DNA from: Candidatus Eiseniibacteriota bacterium
GTDB lineage: Bacteria; Eisenbacteria; RBG-16-71-46; DASYSL01
NCBI GenBank assembly: GCA_036003365.1
Contig: DASYSL010000004.1
Location: 1 to 60,695 of the forward strand
Direction: 5' to 3'
Length of the DNA: 60,695 bases
In this document: positions 57,278 to 60,695 of the stretch, piece after piece
How the letters are laid out: every line of letters starts with the position of its first letter
Numbering within the stretch: the first letter of the stretch is position 1
The notes under the pieces: generated by a model
Told to the model about the DNA's origin: nothing
Seen by the model: the letters and a program-made list of their open reading frames with translations, nothing else
Databases searched by the model: none
Translations under genes and position numbers: made by a program

Positions 57278-58903
57278 ATGCGAACGATTCGATCGAAGAC
57301 TCTCTGGGTCTTGCTGGCGACGGTCTGTCTGGCCGCGCCGGCGCGCGCCCAGCTCTCCGACGGCGAGATCTTGGACAACATCCAGCACGCCGCCTTCAAT
57401 TACTTCTGGAACGAGGCGAACCCGACCTTGGGCATGATCAAGGACCGCAGCACCATGGGCTCGCCGTGCAGCATCGCCGCCGTCGGCTTCGGGCTTTCCT
57501 CCATCTGCGTGGGCGTGGACCACGGCTGGGTGACGCGTGACGACGCGCGACAGCGCGTGTACAACACGCTGCACACCTTCTACACCTGGCCGCAGGGCAC
57601 GGCCACCTCGAACACCATTGGCTATCGCGGCTTCTTCTATCACTTCCTCGACATGAACTCGGGCTTCCGCATGCCGGGCTGGGATCCGGAGCTCTCCACC
57701 ATCGACACTGCTCTGCTCATGGCCGGCGTGCTCGACGCGGGCGCCTATTTCAACGATCCCGACGACACGACGGAAGTGGCCATCGCCACCATGGCCGACT
57801 CTCTCTACGACCGAATGGACTGGACGTTCTTCCGGAATGGAACCCAGCGTCTCTACATGGGCTGGAAGCCGGGCGGCGGGGGCTTCAGCGGCTTCGGGCA
57901 GTGGCAGGGCTACAACGAGGCCATGATCCTGGAGATCGAGGCGCTCGGATCGACCACGTTCAAGGTGGACACGACGTTGTGGAATCCGGGCTGGACCTCG
58001 ACGTACAGCTTCGGCAACCAGTACGGCTACAACTACATCATCTTCCCGCCGCTCTTCGGCCATCAGTACTCGCACTGCTGGATCGACTTCCGCAACATCC
58101 AGGATGCCTACATGCGCAATCCGACGCATGGCATCACCTACGCCGAGAACTCGCGGCGGGCCACCTTGGCGCAGCACGCCTACTGCATCGCTGATCCGGG
58201 GCACTGGGTGGGGTACAGCGATTCGCTCTGGGGGATCACGGCGGGTGACGATCCCAACGTGGGCTACACGGCGCGTGGCGCGCCGCCGCCGCAGACCGAC
58301 AACGGCACCTTGTCGCCCACGGCGGTCGCGGGCTCTTTGCCGTTCGCGCCCGAGGTCTGCATGCCGACGCTCCGCAACATGTACAACAACTACCCGCTGC
58401 TCTGGGGCACGTACGGGTTCAAGGACGCGTTCAATCTGAGCAAGGTGCCGGCCTGGTACGACACCGACTTCCTCGGCATCGACCAGGGCCCGATCGTGAT
58501 GATGATCGAGAATTACACCGGCGAGGGCATCTGGAAACGCTTCATGCAGATCCCCGCGATCCAAAACGGCCTCACGCGCGCCGGTTTCCTGCCGGCGAGC
58601 AATACCACCGCCGTGGGCTCGCCGCCGGCGCTCACGAGCGCGGTCGCGCTCGCGGCCAGTGAGCCGAGTCCGATCACGGGCCGCGGCATTCTGCGCTTTC
58701 GTCTCGCGCAGGCGGGACGCGTGCGGCTCGTGCTCTACGACGCGCGCGGGCGGCAGGAGCGCGTGCTGATCGACGACGAGCGGCCGGCAGGCGAGGGCTC
58801 GGTGGCTCTCGATGCCGCGGGCCTGCGCCAGGGCGTGTATCTCGCGCGCATCGAGACGGCGGCCGGCTCGGCAGCGCGCAAAATCGTGGTGCTGGATCGC
58901 TGA
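57278..58903 (+). CDS. DUF3131/GH144-like glycoside hydrolase (endo-beta-1,2-glucanase family) with T9SS/FlgD-Ig-like C-terminal domain
   Basis: Signal peptide (AAPARAQ). Motifs: FNYFWNEANPTLGMIKDRS, GFFYHFLD, ELSTIDTALLMAGVL, GYNEAMILE, FGHQYSHCWIDFRN, WGITAGDDPNVGY, YGFKDAFN, LGIDQGPIVMMIENY. The C-terminus reads PSPITGRGILRFRL...LYDARGR...GVYLARI...KIVVLDR. Confidence 0.8.
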   Translation: MRTIRSKTLWVLLATVCLAAPARAQLSDGEILDNIQHAAFNYFWNEANPTLGMIKDRSTMGSPCSIAAVGFGLSSICVGVDHGWVTRDDARQRVYNTLHTFYTWPQGTATSNTIGYRGFFYHFLDMNSGFRMPGWDPELSTIDTALLMAGVLDAGAYFNDPDDTTEVAIATMADSLYDRMDWTFFRNGTQRLYMGWKPGGGGFSGFGQWQGYNEAMILEIEALGSTTFKVDTTLWNPGWTSTYSFGNQYGYNYIIFPPLFGHQYSHCWIDFRNIQDAYMRNPTHGITYAENSRRATLAQHAYCIADPGHWVGYSDSLWGITAGDDPNVGYTARGAPPPQTDNGTLSPTAVAGSLPFAPEVCMPTLRNMYNNYPLLWGTYGFKDAFNLSKVPAWYDTDFLGIDQGPIVMMIENYTGEGIWKRFMQIPAIQNGLTRAGFLPASNTTAVGSPPALTSAVALAASEPSPITGRGILRFRLAQAGRVRLVLYDARGRQERVLIDDERPAGEGSVALDAAGLRQGVYLARIETAAGSAARKIVVLDR

Positions 58904-58910
58904 GCGTGTG

Positions 58911-60695
58911 ATGGGCTCCGCCTCCGTCACTCAGGCCGCGCATCGCACGCGCAAACGACTCGCGATCTTTCCGGCGGGCGTGCTTTCGAACGGCGATTAC
59001 GTCTCCGTCGTCACCGCGGCGGGCACCGGTGGATCGTACTGGCGCGGTGACGCGCTCACGCGCTGGCGGCCCGATCGCACGGCCGACACGGACGGCGTTC
59101 TCTTCTGGCTGCGCGAGCGCGACCGCGGCGTCATGCGGACCTTGACGCGCTTCCCGTTCGGGGGCGAGGCCGAGCGCGAGCAGGTGTCGTGGCGCCCCGG
59201 CGGGTTCACGTTCGAGCGCGTCGTCGACGACCTCGAGACGCAAATCGAGATCGCTGTCGCGCCCGACCATCCCCTCGAGCTGCGCCGCGTGCGCTTGAAG
59301 AACCTGCTCGAGAAGCCGCGCGCGCTCGAGCTCGCGGCCACCATGGACATCGTGCTGCAGCGCGCCGAGGCCGACGCCTCGCATCCCGCCTTCTCCAAGC
59401 TCTTCGTCGAGACCGCCTGGGACGCCGGTCGTGGCGCGCTCGTGGCGGGCCGGCGGCCGCGCGATCGCGATCAGCGCCATCCCTGTCTCGCCGCCGCGCT
59501 GCACGGCCCTGGCGCTCTCGAGTTCGAGACCGACCGGGCACTCCTGTGGGGGCGCGGAAACTTCTCGGCTGCGCCCGAGCTGTTGCAGCGTGGGACCGCA
59601 TTGCCGGGCACGACCGGCAACGTGCTCGATCCGCTCTTCTGCTTGCGCCGCCGCTTCGACCTCGAGCCCGGTGGCAGCGTGAGCTTCACGCTGGCGCTGG
59701 CGGCGGGGGAGAGCTGGCAGGGCGCGCTCGAAGCTCTCGCCACGGCCCGGACCGCGAGTGCTGTCGACTCGTTCTTCGCCGCGGCCGAAGCGCACGAGTT
59801 CGGCTTGCTCGATCGCTTCGGCCTCGACGAGAAGACCGCGGGGGGCGCGCAGTCGTCGTGGGTGGCGCAGCAATTCGGTGTGCCGGGACTGCCGCGTGGC
59901 GCGGGCTTGCCGGACTGGAAGTCGATCCGGCGTTTCGGCGCGCAGCCGGGCGAGCCCTTCGTGTTCTTCCACGCCAAGAAGTCCGGCTCGGCGCGCGTCG
60001 CCGAGGAGCTCTTGCGCCGCCACGAGTACCTGCGCGCCAAAGGGCTGCCGTCGAAGCTCATCCTCGTGTACGAGACCATCGCGCGCTCGCCGTGGATCGA
60101 GAAGGCAGCGGAGACGATGGGCGCTTGGGTGGGAACGGCGGACGCGGCCGGCGTGGCCGCGCTCGAAGCCGCCGCGGCCTTCGTGGCGCGCGACGAAGCG
60201 TTGGACATCGACGGCTGGCGCGACGATCCCGAGTGGGAGACGCCGCGAGCCGCGAGAGTGGCGGCGCCCGAGCTGGTGCCGCCCGCCGACGAGGTGCTCG
60301 CGGAGTTCAACGGCTACGGCGGGTTCTCCGCCGAAGGCGACGAGTACGTGGTGCGCTTCGAGCGTGAGCCCTCGGGCGCCCTGCGCCTGCCGCCGCAGCC
60401 GTGGGTGAACGTGATCGCGCGCGAGGGCTTCGGCTTTCTCGCGAGCGAGACGGGAAGCCTCAGCACCTGGAGCCAGAACAGCCGCGAGCACCGGCTCACG
60501 CCGTGGTCGAACGATCCCGTCCTCGACCCGCACGGCGAAGCCTTCTACGTGCGCGACGAGGAGAGCGGCGCCTTCTGGTCGGCGACGCCGGGGCCAGCAC
60601 CGGGCCCGGGCCGCTACGAGACGCGGCACGGCATCGGCTACAGCCGCTATCGCTACACGGGGCGCGACATCGAGCACGAGCTGCGTCTGTTCCTG
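58911..60695 (+). CDS. GH94-like protein (1,2-beta-oligoglucan phosphorylase / cyclic-beta-1,2-glucan-synthase phosphorylase-region type); 3' end beyond the window
   Basis: This ORF is not in the supplied track. The frame is open for 595 codons from ATG 58911 (or GTG 58908) to the window end, with G/C at nearly every third position. Motifs: GVLSNGDYVSVVTAAGTGGSYWRGDALTRWRPDRTADTDGVLFWLRERD and FNGYGGFSAEGDEYVV...PQPWVNVIAREGFGFLASETGSLSTWSQNSREHRLTPWSNDPVLDPHGEAFYVRDEESGAFWS. No signal peptide is present. Confidence 0.8.
   Translation, partial: MGSASVTQAAHRTRKRLAIFPAGVLSNGDYVSVVTAAGTGGSYWRGDALTRWRPDRTADTDGVLFWLRERDRGVMRTLTRFPFGGEAEREQVSWRPGGFTFERVVDDLETQIEIAVAPDHPLELRRVRLKNLLEKPRALELAATMDIVLQRAEADASHPAFSKLFVETAWDAGRGALVAGRRPRDRDQRHPCLAAALHGPGALEFETDRALLWGRGNFSAAPELLQRGTALPGTTGNVLDPLFCLRRRFDLEPGGSVSFTLALAAGESWQGALEALATARTASAVDSFFAAAEAHEFGLLDRFGLDEKTAGGAQSSWVAQQFGVPGLPRGAGLPDWKSIRRFGAQPGEPFVFFHAKKSGSARVAEELLRRHEYLRAKGLPSKLILVYETIARSPWIEKAAETMGAWVGTADAAGVAALEAAAAFVARDEALDIDGWRDDPEWETPRAARVAAPELVPPADEVLAEFNGYGGFSAEGDEYVVRFEREPSGALRLPPQPWVNVIAREGFGFLASETGSLSTWSQNSREHRLTPWSNDPVLDPHGEAFYVRDEESGAFWSATPGPAPGPGRYETRHGIGYSRYRYTGRDIEHELRLFL

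Noticed and set aside
59189-60408. Plus-strand ORFs 59189..60367 and 59758..60408.
   Set aside because: They are Arg-rich off-frame translations overlapping the GH94-like frame, which is the one with family motifs.

Overview
High-GC bacterial chromosomal segment, densely packed and mostly on the + strand. No rRNA, tRNA, CRISPR array, transposase or integrase was seen. All family calls come from motifs recognised by eye in the translations; no database search was run.

Gene content in order:
1. 2-12406: a Wzx/Wzy-type exopolysaccharide or O-antigen cluster. It holds an export protein, a Wzz-like protein, a flippase, a GT-C-like membrane protein, two GT2 genes, a Wzy-like gene, a GT4 gene, an SDR epimerase/decarboxylase and a WecA-like initiating transferase.
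2. 12421-17209: a housekeeping block (KH protein, rimM, trmD, rplS, rnhB, yraN). A lower-GC pair of methyltransferase paralogues interrupts it.
3. 17210-17912: about 700 nt with no credible ORF but many hairpins.
4. 17913-20899: an MGDG-synthase-like GT28 gene followed by a GT-C membrane protein.
5. 20964-27686 and 31871-38649: acyl-CoA metabolism. This includes a MeaB-type chaperone, a split B12 acyl-CoA mutase with isobutyryl-CoA-mutase-type pocket residues, scoA and scoB separated by a domain-permuted aconitase-family gene, three acyl-CoA dehydrogenases, a thiolase, hbd and a DUF362 gene.
6. Scattered secreted proteins (NHL, HAF-repeat), egtB-egtD, msrB and rlpA.
7. 47178 to the window end: a LacI-headed glycan locus. 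It holds a CBM9-like protein, a TonB-dependent receptor, a 1086-aa orphan protein, a PorV/PorQ-like barrel, a GH144-like (endo-beta-1,2-glucanase family) gene and a GH94-like gene. The GH94-like gene runs off the window and is missing from the supplied ORF track.

Five secreted proteins share a T9SS/FlgD-Ig-like C-terminal domain.

Most interesting items:
- the receptor / giant protein / PorV-like triad inside a probable beta-1,2-glucan locus
- the aconitase-family gene nested between the CoA-transferase subunits
- the methyltransferase plus degenerate paralogue cassette inside the trmD-rplS-rnhB block
- a repeated 'box + hairpin' intergenic element with changing stems
- twin LacI-type operators

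The many long Arg/Ala/Pro-rich ORFs antisense or out of frame to these genes are treated as high-GC artefacts.
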